Origin: an uncultured Verrucomicrobiota bacterium
Lineage (GTDB): Bacteria; Verrucomicrobiota; Kiritimatiellia; JAAZAB01
Reading direction: 5' to 3'
Length of the DNA: 64,000 nt
Assembly (NCBI GenBank): GCA_964444425.1
Contig: CAYUHK010000001.1
Location: 119,976-183,975, forward strand
Made by a program: the position numbers and the translations under genes. Positions 47,741 through 56,289 of this stretch are shown one piece after another (positions within the stretch are counted from its first letter, which is position 1; the number at the start of each line of letters is the position of its first letter). The notes under the pieces were generated by a model. It was not told the origin of the DNA, did not search any database, and saw only the letters and a list, made by a program, of their open reading frames with translations.

Positions 47741-48940
47741 CTAAGAGATAACAATCTTTAGCATCGAAAAATCGTCATCAAGCGCCTGACCGCCTCGCAT
47801 AGCTCGAACATGTTGATAAAGTTTTTCTATTTCGGATGAGGCTTCTGTAGGCGGATCAAGCAAAAACTGTTTTAGGCCCTCTTGGCTCCACATAGAACCA
47901 TCGCGTTGTTGAATTTCATAAACGCCGTCGGATAAAATATACATTTTTGCTGAGCGCGGGATATCTAGCGAAACGCTTTGATAGCGGCTATCAGGCATGC
48001 CTCCAATGACCATATTAGGAGTCATCAGATCCTGGCATTGGCCGGAGCCAGGCAATAGCAAGGCAGGTGGATGTCCGGCGCTGGCATAGGACAGACGGCT
48101 GGTCTTTAAGTTAAATACGCCATACCAGATAGTGAAATATAAATTATTATGACGCTCCATCGGAAACATTTTATTTAATGCCGATAAAACTTCTGCCGGA
48201 GCATAAAAATCGGTATTGGGCAAAGTCTGAGTTCGCAGCACATTCAAGGCTGCGACCGACAGCAATGCTGGCCCAACGCCATGATCACACACATCCAGCA
48301 GGTACATGGCAAAATTATCTTGGTCGAGCCAGTGGTAGCCAAAGGAGTCGCCGCCTAATTGAGCTGATGGCACATATTTCCAGTCGGCTTGAATAGGCCC
48401 CTGGCGCAGCGGCGCAGGCAGGAGCGAGACCACATAATCCGCAGCCTGTTCCAGCTGAGCGGTTAAGGTCTGTTGGCTCTTCAGCAAAGCGCTATAGGCC
48501 TCATTTCTTTGCAGCAGGGTGATATAGGCCTGAGAATGATAACGGATACGAGCTAGCAACTCGATACGATCCGGCAACTTCACCAAATAATCATTGGCGC
48601 CGGCGGCAAATCCCTCAGCCTTGGTGGAGGCATCTTCTTTGCTGGATAAAACGATCAACGGCACATCTTTTAATTGAGGATGCGCTCGAAAGAACCTTAC
48701 CAAGGTCAGACCATCAATATCTGGCATCACCAGATCTTGTAAAATAGTCGTAGGGGCGATTTCCAAGGCCATGGCCATGGCCTTGGCTGGCTCCTGGCAA
48801 TAATAAAAAGAAATATCCTGCTCTGTTGCCAGCATGCGACGGACAGCGTCGCCAACAATGGCCTGATCATCCACCAATAAAACGGTGATGCCATGCCGGG
48901 TCAGATCCGTAGGCTTAGATGCGGTTTCAGTTGTTGACAT
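47741..48940 (-). CDS. Response regulator with PP2C/SpoIIE-type Ser/Thr phosphatase output domain (RsbU-like)
   Basis: REC: LLVDDQ, phospho-acceptor context LQDLVMPDIDG, and LSSKED. PP2C: GGDSFGYHWL...LLDVCDHGVG...ILSDGVYE. Last gene of the che operon. ATG 48940 is preferred over the ORF-track TTG 48982. Confidence 0.85.
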   Translation of the reverse strand: MSTTETASKPTDLTRHGITVLLVDDQAIVGDAVRRMLATEQDISFYYCQEPAKAMAMALEIAPTTILQDLVMPDIDGLTLVRFFRAHPQLKDVPLIVLSSKEDASTKAEGFAAGANDYLVKLPDRIELLARIRYHSQAYITLLQRNEAYSALLKSQQTLTAQLEQAADYVVSLLPAPLRQGPIQADWKYVPSAQLGGDSFGYHWLDQDNFAMYLLDVCDHGVGPALLSVAALNVLRTQTLPNTDFYAPAEVLSALNKMFPMERHNNLYFTIWYGVFNLKTSRLSYASAGHPPALLLPGSGQCQDLMTPNMVIGGMPDSRYQSVSLDIPRSAKMYILSDGVYEIQQRDGSMWSQEGLKQFLLDPPTEASSEIEKLYQHVRAMRGGQALDDDFSMLKIVIS

Positions 48941-49967
48941 ATTTTTGCTCTTTTTGAATTTGCTTAATGATCGCCGCAGCAATTTTATAAATAGGCAACA
49001 CTTCGTTAGCTGCCTTCAGTTCCAGGGCTGCATGCGGCATGCCATAAATCACCGAAGTAGCTTTATCCTGAGCTATGGTGTGCCAGCCACGCTGCCGCAG
49101 AGCTAACAAGCCACGGGCGCCATCTCGACCGATTCCAGTTAGCAGTACTGCTATGCCGCGCTGGGCCCAATAATTATTTAAGCTTTGAAAAAATGCGTCC
49201 ACCGATGGACGATAGGGGTAATTTAACGGTTTAGGGCTGTAATGCAAAACTCGGTCTGGCCCAATCACCATATGATCATTTGTGCCAGCCACAAAAATAG
49301 TGTCTGGCTCCAAGGCCATTCCCTCTTGTGCCAGGGTTACTGATAATGGCGTTTGTTGGGCCAGCCAATCCACCAATCCTTGGGCGAATTGCACATCAAC
49401 GTGTTGAATAACTACGAAGGCCGCCCCTAACCGATGAGGTAATTTAGAAAATATATCTACCAGGGCGCGCGGGCCGCCAGTCGAAGAACCCAGCGCCACC
49501 ACTGGCATCAGCGGCGGGGGCGTAGGCAATAGCTGGCCAACAGGCGGCAGCGAGCCAAGCTGCTCTATCTTGCCCATAAGTCGCATGACGGAGGCGATTT
49601 TTTTCAACAGTTCCTCCGCCCCCTCCAAACGACCGGCGCTGCCAATAGCTGGCGTGCAAACGGCATCCAATGCCCCAAAGCCCATCGCCTCGAACACTTT
49701 AGCGGCATTGCTGACAACGCTAACTGTTACCACTAAAATGGCGCAAGGGGTTGCCTGCATAATGGCCCGAGTTGCCTGCACGCCGTCCATGACTGGCATG
49801 ATTAAATCCATCAGGATCAAATCAGGCACATCCTCGGAACATCTGGCCACCGCCGCGGCCCCATCGTGAGCCACCCAAGCAACCTGATAACCTGGCACCG
49901 AAGTTATTACCCGGCGCAGTGCTTCTACGGCGATCGGCAAATCATTCACTATCGCGATACGCATCAA
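48927..49967 (-). CDS. cheB: Protein-glutamate methylesterase CheB (REC plus esterase)
   Basis: REC with LILMDLIMPVMDG. Esterase GSSTGGP, HVD and GIGRDGA motifs. Confidence 0.9.
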   Translation of the reverse strand: MMRIAIVNDLPIAVEALRRVITSVPGYQVAWVAHDGAAAVARCSEDVPDLILMDLIMPVMDGVQATRAIMQATPCAILVVTVSVVSNAAKVFEAMGFGALDAVCTPAIGSAGRLEGAEELLKKIASVMRLMGKIEQLGSLPPVGQLLPTPPPLMPVVALGSSTGGPRALVDIFSKLPHRLGAAFVVIQHVDVQFAQGLVDWLAQQTPLSVTLAQEGMALEPDTIFVAGTNDHMVIGPDRVLHYSPKPLNYPYRPSVDAFFQSLNNYWAQRGIAVLLTGIGRDGARGLLALRQRGWHTIAQDKATSVIYGMPHAALELKAANEVLPIYKIAAAIIKQIQKEQKYVNN

Positions 49968-52201
49968 GCTTCTCCAATCAAATCGTGGATAATATCCAGC
50001 ACGGGTTCAGCCTGAAAATCACTTTTGGTTAAATAGTGGTCTGCGCCTGCGTCTAAGGCAGCTAAACGATCTTCGGGTCGATCCTTATACGATATAATCA
50101 TAATGGGCAACCGAGCTAGATGCGATGTTTTAATGCGGCGAATCAATTCAATGCCGCCCATACGAGGCATATCAAGATCACTGATCACTAGATCAATTTT
50201 ATCGGTTTGCAGAATATTCCAAGCATCCACGCCATCAACTGCCAGAGCAACCTCGTAGCCATGGCTTAATAAAAGCTTGTGTTCCATTTCTCTGATCGTC
50301 AAAGAATCATCTGCTATCAATACGCGTTTTCTAAGCCTGGTTTGTTTTTGTTTGGCAAAGGGCAACAAGGCCGGCCGACTATTGGCCAGCAATTTATCAA
50401 TTGACTGGATCATATCATCAATATCGAGGATAAGAGCTGGTACACCATCTTCCATAATGGTGCCCGCGCTGACATTGGGTATTTTACCCAGCCGCTCTGC
50501 CAAGGGCAAAACAACCAGCTCACGTTGAGCTATAAAACGATCTACTAGCAGCCCATAGCGCTTGCGATGATCGCCAATGATTATGACCGCAAGCTGATCA
50601 GGGAGCTTCTCTTTATTGGCTAACAGTAAGACGACAGCGGCGGGAACTATGTCAATAGGTTCATTATCCAGCAGCACAAACTGCCGATTATCTCGTAACT
50701 GCAAATCGGTTAAGGATAGCTGTAGCAAGCGCTCTATGCGCGCCAAGGGCAACGCATAATATTCGCCGGAAATGGTTACCAACAATGCTCGTAAAATTGT
50801 CAGGGTGAGCGGCAATTGTAAAAAAAACTTGCTGCCAACGCCCGCCTGCGATTCTAGGTGCACCAATCCGCCTATCCGACTAGCCATATCACGAACTATA
50901 TCCAGTCCGACGCCACGGCCAGAAAGCTCGGTCACCTGAGCGCTTGTGGAAAATCCCGGCAAAAAAAGGAAATCGAATAATTCTGTTAAAGATAGATCAG
51001 CGGCGATGGACTGGCTAGCATATCCTTTTTCGATTACCCGGCGGCGAATGGTTTCTGGATCTATGCCCCGACCATCATCTTGCACGGATACCTGGAGCAT
51101 GCCGTTGCTATGCCGGGCTTCCATAACTATGTTTCCCATGGCCGCCTTGCCTGCTTGAATCCGCTCAGCAGGCAATTCCAAGCCATGGTCTACGGCATTA
51201 CGCAATAAATGGATCAAGGGCGCTTCCAACATTTCCATAACATCCCGGTCAACGCCGGTGGCTTCACCGATAATCTGAAAATTTATCTCTTTGCCTTGTT
51301 GTTTAGCCAAATCACGCACCATCCGCGGCAAGCCATGGACTCCCGCAATAAAAGGTCGCATGCGGCTGGCAATAACCTCGTCATATAATTGGGCGGCCAG
51401 GTATTCCATCCGGCGAGAGCGCGACTCCAGCTGTTGGCCCTGCGCGGTCAACGATGCATGCAGCTGCTCAGCTTGCTTCAGCAACACCTTAAGGTGCTGA
51501 TCTGAATCTGCAGTCGCCGCTCCGCTCGGTGATGAGGAGCCAACTAGGTTTTTCAGAACGGCGCGCATATCCTGCAAATAAGCTTTTAGCCGTAACCAAG
51601 CCGGTGCCAAAACTGAAATGGATTTGGACTGAACCAAGCTTTCTCCAGCCAATCCTAGCATACGATTAAAACTAGTAGTCTGGACCCTAATAAAGCCATC
51701 TTCGGCTTTTACGATTGCTGGTGCGCTCCCCCTCGCCGATGGCGTTAGCTGCGGCCGCGCCGGAGTGCTGGGCGCCAATTCTGGCTCTCGCACTAGTTGA
51801 GCCCGAAGATCGGTGCTGATCTCCTGAATCGTTGCCATATTCTGTTCTAGTTGCGCTGGAATGCTGACTGGCGCGCTGGCGGCCAAGCCCTTGAAGACAT
51901 CGTTGCCGCGCAAAAGCAATTCAATAGATTCACTCTTGAGCTGAAGGCTGCCGCGTTGGGCCGCCGAGAGCACGTCTTCCATGGCATGCGCCAGCAGAAC
52001 TCCTGCATCCAGCCCGACTATGCGAGCTGCACCTTTAATGGAATGGGCTGCACGCATAAGCCGCTCAAGCCTCTCCGGCGTTGGCGCGGCCTCCGCCTTG
52101 AGTAAATCAGCTTCCAAAAGGCGGGAACAGTTTTCCGCCTCGATGCGGAAAAGATCCATCAGCGAAAGATCGGATATTGGGGTATCAGGAAGGCTGTTCA
52201 A
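49964..52201 (-). CDS. cheA: Hybrid chemotaxis histidine kinase CheA with C-terminal receiver domain (WspE-like)
   Basis: HPt HSIKGAARIVG. HATPase N box HLLRNAVDHG, G1 DDGRGID and G2 SGRGVGLD. CheW-like domain. C-terminal REC (IADDS...ISDLDMPRMGG...SYK). The start is TTG overlapping the upstream stop; an alternative ATG lies at 52159. Confidence 0.9.
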   Translation of the reverse strand: MNSLPDTPISDLSLMDLFRIEAENCSRLLEADLLKAEAAPTPERLERLMRAAHSIKGAARIVGLDAGVLLAHAMEDVLSAAQRGSLQLKSESIELLLRGNDVFKGLAASAPVSIPAQLEQNMATIQEISTDLRAQLVREPELAPSTPARPQLTPSARGSAPAIVKAEDGFIRVQTTSFNRMLGLAGESLVQSKSISVLAPAWLRLKAYLQDMRAVLKNLVGSSSPSGAATADSDQHLKVLLKQAEQLHASLTAQGQQLESRSRRMEYLAAQLYDEVIASRMRPFIAGVHGLPRMVRDLAKQQGKEINFQIIGEATGVDRDVMEMLEAPLIHLLRNAVDHGLELPAERIQAGKAAMGNIVMEARHSNGMLQVSVQDDGRGIDPETIRRRVIEKGYASQSIAADLSLTELFDFLFLPGFSTSAQVTELSGRGVGLDIVRDMASRIGGLVHLESQAGVGSKFFLQLPLTLTILRALLVTISGEYYALPLARIERLLQLSLTDLQLRDNRQFVLLDNEPIDIVPAAVVLLLANKEKLPDQLAVIIIGDHRKRYGLLVDRFIAQRELVVLPLAERLGKIPNVSAGTIMEDGVPALILDIDDMIQSIDKLLANSRPALLPFAKQKQTRLRKRVLIADDSLTIREMEHKLLLSHGYEVALAVDGVDAWNILQTDKIDLVISDLDMPRMGGIELIRRIKTSHLARLPIMIISYKDRPEDRLAALDAGADHYLTKSDFQAEPVLDIIHDLIGEA

Positions 52202-52902
52202 TAAATTAGGCTCCTTTGGAAAGCGCTAAATAGTTTTTGTTCGTCCAGTAAGCCCACCCTGCGCTCAGCCATTAAAAAAACACTGCTTATCATAGCTGAT
52301 ACCGATTGGTCGGCAGAGCGCAGGGGAGTCGGCAATATGCGATGAACACCAAGCGCTTCATCCACAGGAAAAACAAAACGCTCAGCGGCTTGAGCCACCA
52401 CCATCTGTCGCGGGTAATCCTGTTGCTCCAAGGAAACTCCGCCCACCGCTTGATCAACAGCCATGATCGCGACTAACGACACGCAAGGGAGCAGCTCGCC
52501 ATCAACATTGACTAATCCCTTCAAAACATGATTGCGGCGACCGGGAAGCCGCTGAACCGGCCGGGCCTCCTGTGCCTTAATAAAGAACGTGCTTGGCAAA
52601 GCCAACAGTTGGTTATGCAAACGGAACACAACTACCGAAACGCTTTCGGGATTATCCACCTCTTTTTCGCCAGCTAGCACAGCTGCCCATTCCTCTGCAA
52701 GGCCTTTAGGAATAGGGCGATCGAATAAACGCCGGCCGGCGCGCGTATATTCTGGGCAATGCCGACAATGCCCAAACTTCTTCAAATGCGAACAGGAAGC
52801 ATTGCCGACAATGCCCTGCTCCTTCCAGCAGGCCGCAAGCAGGTCTAAGTTAGCCTTGCGAGCATCATTCAACATAGTTGATTCTTTTTCTTGATTATTC
52901 AT
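52198..52902 (-). CDS. CheW-like coupling protein with N-terminal four-cysteine module (WspD position)
   Basis: CheW-like core (VVVFRLHNQLLALP...LKGLVNVDGELLPCVSL) preceded by C-x11-C-x8-C-x2-C (CWKEQGIVGNASCSHLKKFGHCRHC). ATG 52902 forms an ATGA overlap with the cheR stop. Confidence 0.8.
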   Translation of the reverse strand: MNNQEKESTMLNDARKANLDLLAACWKEQGIVGNASCSHLKKFGHCRHCPEYTRAGRRLFDRPIPKGLAEEWAAVLAGEKEVDNPESVSVVVFRLHNQLLALPSTFFIKAQEARPVQRLPGRRNHVLKGLVNVDGELLPCVSLVAIMAVDQAVGGVSLEQQDYPRQMVVAQAAERFVFPVDEALGVHRILPTPLRSADQSVSAMISSVFLMAERRVGLLDEQKLFSAFQRSLIY

Positions 52903-53702
52903 GGAGCCAAACCAGTGCGCTGACAAGCAAAGGAGCGAGCATGGGATATAGGACTATAGCCAGCCCGTTGAAAAAAAGTTAGTTCCGAATGGCCCACAAT
53001 CAAAATTCCTTGCGGCCCAAGCAAGCGGGCCAAATTTTTTAACACAAAATTACGCGCTGACGCTGTTAGATAAATAATCATATTTCGGCAGAAAATAAGG
53101 TGGTAGGGTGGCTGCCTGTCCAGAAAGCCAGGGTCCACTAAATTAGCCGTTCTAAAATCAACCAATTGAACAATGAGTTTATCTAAAACCCAGCCGGCGG
53201 CCTGACGCAAGAAATAGCAGCTAGCCTCATGCGCCGCTTGTTCTCGAAACGAGCGATCGGAATATATCGCTTGCTGGGCGGCGGCTATGGCATGTTGGCT
53301 GATATCCACCGCATCAATATGAAAGCGATCTGGTGTTAATCCCGCCTGTAAAAGCGTAATGGCGATCGAATAAGGCTCCTCGCCAGTTGAGCACGGCACC
53401 GATAGAATCCGCAGGCGATGCTGCGGGGGCGCGAGCAGCCATTTGCGGCGGACGTGTTCTTTCAGAAAAAGAAATGGCTCGTGATCCCTAAAAAACCAGG
53501 TTTCCGGAACCACTAGTGCCTCGATCATGGTGGTCCATTCCGCTGCTGATGTCCGCAAGCGCTCTAGATAGGCATCCAAGCTGCCGAGGCCAGCACGTTC
53601 CATGGCCGCCGCCGCCGTGCGCGCGATGTTTCGGCAAACAATCTCGTCAAGATTTAGTCCGCTACGTTCCACGATCAGCTTGGCTAGCGCCGCGTTAATC
53701 AT
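52899..53702 (-). CDS. cheR: Chemotaxis protein methyltransferase CheR
   Basis: SAM-binding ILSVPCSTGEEPYSIAI and IFCRNMIIYL. ATG 53702 lies 5 nt after the upstream cheW stop. The ORF-track start 53891 would overlap cheW by 185 nt. Confidence 0.88.
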   Translation of the reverse strand: MINAALAKLIVERSGLNLDEIVCRNIARTAAAAMERAGLGSLDAYLERLRTSAAEWTTMIEALVVPETWFFRDHEPFLFLKEHVRRKWLLAPPQHRLRILSVPCSTGEEPYSIAITLLQAGLTPDRFHIDAVDISQHAIAAAQQAIYSDRSFREQAAHEASCYFLRQAAGWVLDKLIVQLVDFRTANLVDPGFLDRQPPYHLIFCRNMIIYLTASARNFVLKNLARLLGPQGILIVGHSELTFFQRAGYSPISHARSFACQRTGLAP

Positions 53703-53706
53703 GAAT

Positions 53707-54150
53707 TTATTTCCTAACCAAGGCCAATAACGATGCCTTAAGCGATTCCGGTAGAATGGTTTTAGGGTTAACGGATTGAATAGCTGAAGGCTGATCCGCC
53801 GCCCGGTCAGCGGATGAGATTGTTCCCACCGCCAACGCTGCGCATTCCTGATCAGAAATAATTTCGGTAGCGCGCTCAACCATAAAACCAAGCAAGCCCA
53901 GATCGGCGCTGGCTCTAGCCATATCCAGAATAAGGATACGCGTGCTTAACCACAAACGCGCTGGCTGGGCGGTTAGGAGCATAGCAACATCGATAACCGG
54001 CAGCCGCGTTCCGCGATAAAGCAACAGGCCAGCTATCTCTAGTTGCGCTCCCTCAACGCGCTCTAAGGTCGCGCAAGGAAGCACCTCCACAATCCAGGAT
54101 ATATCCAGGCCATAGCTATCTTGGCCGCTCTGAAAAACCAGCTGTAGCAT
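53707..54150 (-). CDS. cheW: CheW coupling protein (WspB position)
   Basis: 147 aa single CheW-like domain (YGLDISWIVEVLP...GLLLYRGTRLPVIDV). Confidence 0.8.
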   Translation of the reverse strand: MLQLVFQSGQDSYGLDISWIVEVLPCATLERVEGAQLEIAGLLLYRGTRLPVIDVAMLLTAQPARLWLSTRILILDMARASADLGLLGFMVERATEIISDQECAALAVGTISSADRAADQPSAIQSVNPKTILPESLKASLLALVRK

Positions 54151-54157
54151 AGAGCCT

Positions 54158-56206
54158 CTACGCCCTTACCGAAAATCTTGCTACCTCACTTTGTAGGCCG
54201 CGCACAGCATCAGCCATCCGTTCAGTAACTTGCTTAAACTCTGCTAGGGAGTCGCGGGCCATGCTAGCGGTCCGGCTCAACTGTTCCATGGCTTCGTAGA
54301 TTTGCCGAGCACCGCGCGACTGGGTCTGCATCCCCGCATTAACCTCTTTAAACTGAGTGCTGAGCTGTTGGGTTTGATCTATAATTAAGCCTAAATCAGC
54401 GCTAAGCTGAATGGTTTTCATAGAGCCAGCTTGAACTTGGCGCGCATAAACATCAACAGCGCTAACTCCCTCGCTGACCGCCGTTTTCATTTCAGCCACC
54501 ATGGCTTCAATATCTAAGGCAGCTACGGCCGTTTGATCGGCAAGGCGGCGAATTTCGCGGGCCACCACTCCAAAACCCAACCCGTGTTTACCGGCTTTAT
54601 CTGCCTCAATGGTAGCGTTCAATGAAAGCAGATTAGTTTGATTAGCAACCTTAGTAATGGTTGTAACAACTTGATTAATCGTAGCTGTTTTTTGACTGAT
54701 GAGCTCTAGTTTTGCGATGATATGCGCGGTGGTATCCATCTGATGTTGCATGGCCGTTTTCATGTCCGCAAGGCTAGTGATACCGCCGCTAGCCAGAACG
54801 GCTGCTTTGGTTGCCCCTTTAGTTACCAACTCCATGGTTCGGGCTAACTGCAAGGTAGTAGCAGTCACTCCTTTGCTGACGGCGTTAACCTCATCCATGG
54901 AGGCGATCTGCTTGGCCACTGAAGATTCAAGGCGGCGCGCCGAAGAATTGATCTGCGCCGATGAGGCGGTGACCTGAATCCCTGATTTACGCATTTGGGA
55001 AACCACAGCCTCCAGGCTGCGGATCATGGTTACAATGGCCTGAAACAGTCGTTGAACTTCATTATGAATCCCACGCGAAATTTGATTTAGCGTAGAGCCA
55101 TGGAGATGTTGATCGCTCATGGCACCGGTCATTTGCCCGGCTTCTCCTAGCCGGCCGGCGGCAATTGATTCGGCAGCTTTAGTCAGCAGATTCAAAGGCC
55201 GCGTAATGGAACGTGCTATGAACACTATCACCATTAATAGCATGGCAAGGCCCACGATGCTCAGCCATAACATGATGCGGCTCAAACGATTGATATCTCC
55301 CATAAATTCGGCGCGCGGGAACAAAACGCCCAACGACCAGCCATTAACTGTTTGTGGAGCATAATACAAAATACAATCCTTACCGGTAATCAGACACTTC
55401 ATGGGCATGTAGCCGGTTTGGCCACTGATCATCCGCCGACCGATCTCAGCGAGGGCAGGATCGTTCCGTTTTTTGGCTATACTATAGATGGTTTCTTTCA
55501 TCACCAGAGAGGCATCTGGGTGCGCAATGAAGGTTCCCTTGCCTGTAATTAAAAAGGCATAGCCGGTCTGGCCAATCCTGATTGAGCCGAAGAGTTCTTT
55601 AAGCCATTCCAACGAAAGATCAGCGGTAACAACACCTTGAAAGCGCTTAGTGGCTCCCTCGATTTTATAGAAGGGCAGCGAATAGGTGGACATTGCTATG
55701 TTCCCGCCGCCCTCGTCGAAATAAGGTTCGCTCCATACCGCATGATTTTCTGTTTGCGGCACCCGATACCAATCCCAAGCTGGATAATTATAGGCTTCCG
55801 TGCCCAGATCTACATAACGGATCTCGTCGGCCTGGCGACAATAATAAGGACAAAAATATTTTAAATCTGGCGCATAAGCATAAGGTTGGAAAGCAATCAC
55901 CGAGCCATAAACTTCTGGGTTATGGGCCACCACGGCCTTGAGATATCGAAGTAGTTCCTCCTGAGAACAGTTGATTTGCTCGACCGCCTGCCCCATGCCT
56001 TGGGCAACTTTCTGAACAGATAAAAAAACTGATTCGATTTGTTTAAGTGTTGATGTAGCAAGCTGTTGGGCTTCCTGCTGGACATTGCGCAGCACCAGTT
56101 GGCGAGAAACATAATAATTATAGCCAAAGATCAGCGCAAAAATAATGGTCACGCTGCTCATGATAAGCAAGATCAATTGAACAGCTATATTTTGCCGTTT
56201 AAACAT
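54158..56206 (-). CDS. Methyl-accepting chemotaxis protein with periplasmic dCache-type sensor
   Basis: TM, Cache-like sensor (YFDEGGGNIAMSTYSLPFY; GQTGYAFLITGKGTFIAHPD), TM, HAMP. MCP hairpin [38 protein letters not shown]. Confidence 0.88.
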   Translation of the reverse strand: MFKRQNIAVQLILLIMSSVTIIFALIFGYNYYVSRQLVLRNVQQEAQQLATSTLKQIESVFLSVQKVAQGMGQAVEQINCSQEELLRYLKAVVAHNPEVYGSVIAFQPYAYAPDLKYFCPYYCRQADEIRYVDLGTEAYNYPAWDWYRVPQTENHAVWSEPYFDEGGGNIAMSTYSLPFYKIEGATKRFQGVVTADLSLEWLKELFGSIRIGQTGYAFLITGKGTFIAHPDASLVMKETIYSIAKKRNDPALAEIGRRMISGQTGYMPMKCLITGKDCILYYAPQTVNGWSLGVLFPRAEFMGDINRLSRIMLWLSIVGLAMLLMVIVFIARSITRPLNLLTKAAESIAAGRLGEAGQMTGAMSDQHLHGSTLNQISRGIHNEVQRLFQAIVTMIRSLEAVVSQMRKSGIQVTASSAQINSSARRLESSVAKQIASMDEVNAVSKGVTATTLQLARTMELVTKGATKAAVLASGGITSLADMKTAMQHQMDTTAHIIAKLELISQKTATINQVVTTITKVANQTNLLSLNATIEADKAGKHGLGFGVVAREIRRLADQTAVAALDIEAMVAEMKTAVSEGVSAVDVYARQVQAGSMKTIQLSADLGLIIDQTQQLSTQFKEVNAGMQTQSRGARQIYEAMEQLSRTASMARDSLAEFKQVTERMADAVRGLQSEVARFSVRA

Positions 56207-56289
56207 ATTTGCTCAGCGATACCATTAAGACTTTTTCTGCGCCTTTGATGGGCGCCAGACAACTGCAAGCTCGCCCGCAGGTGCTAGCC

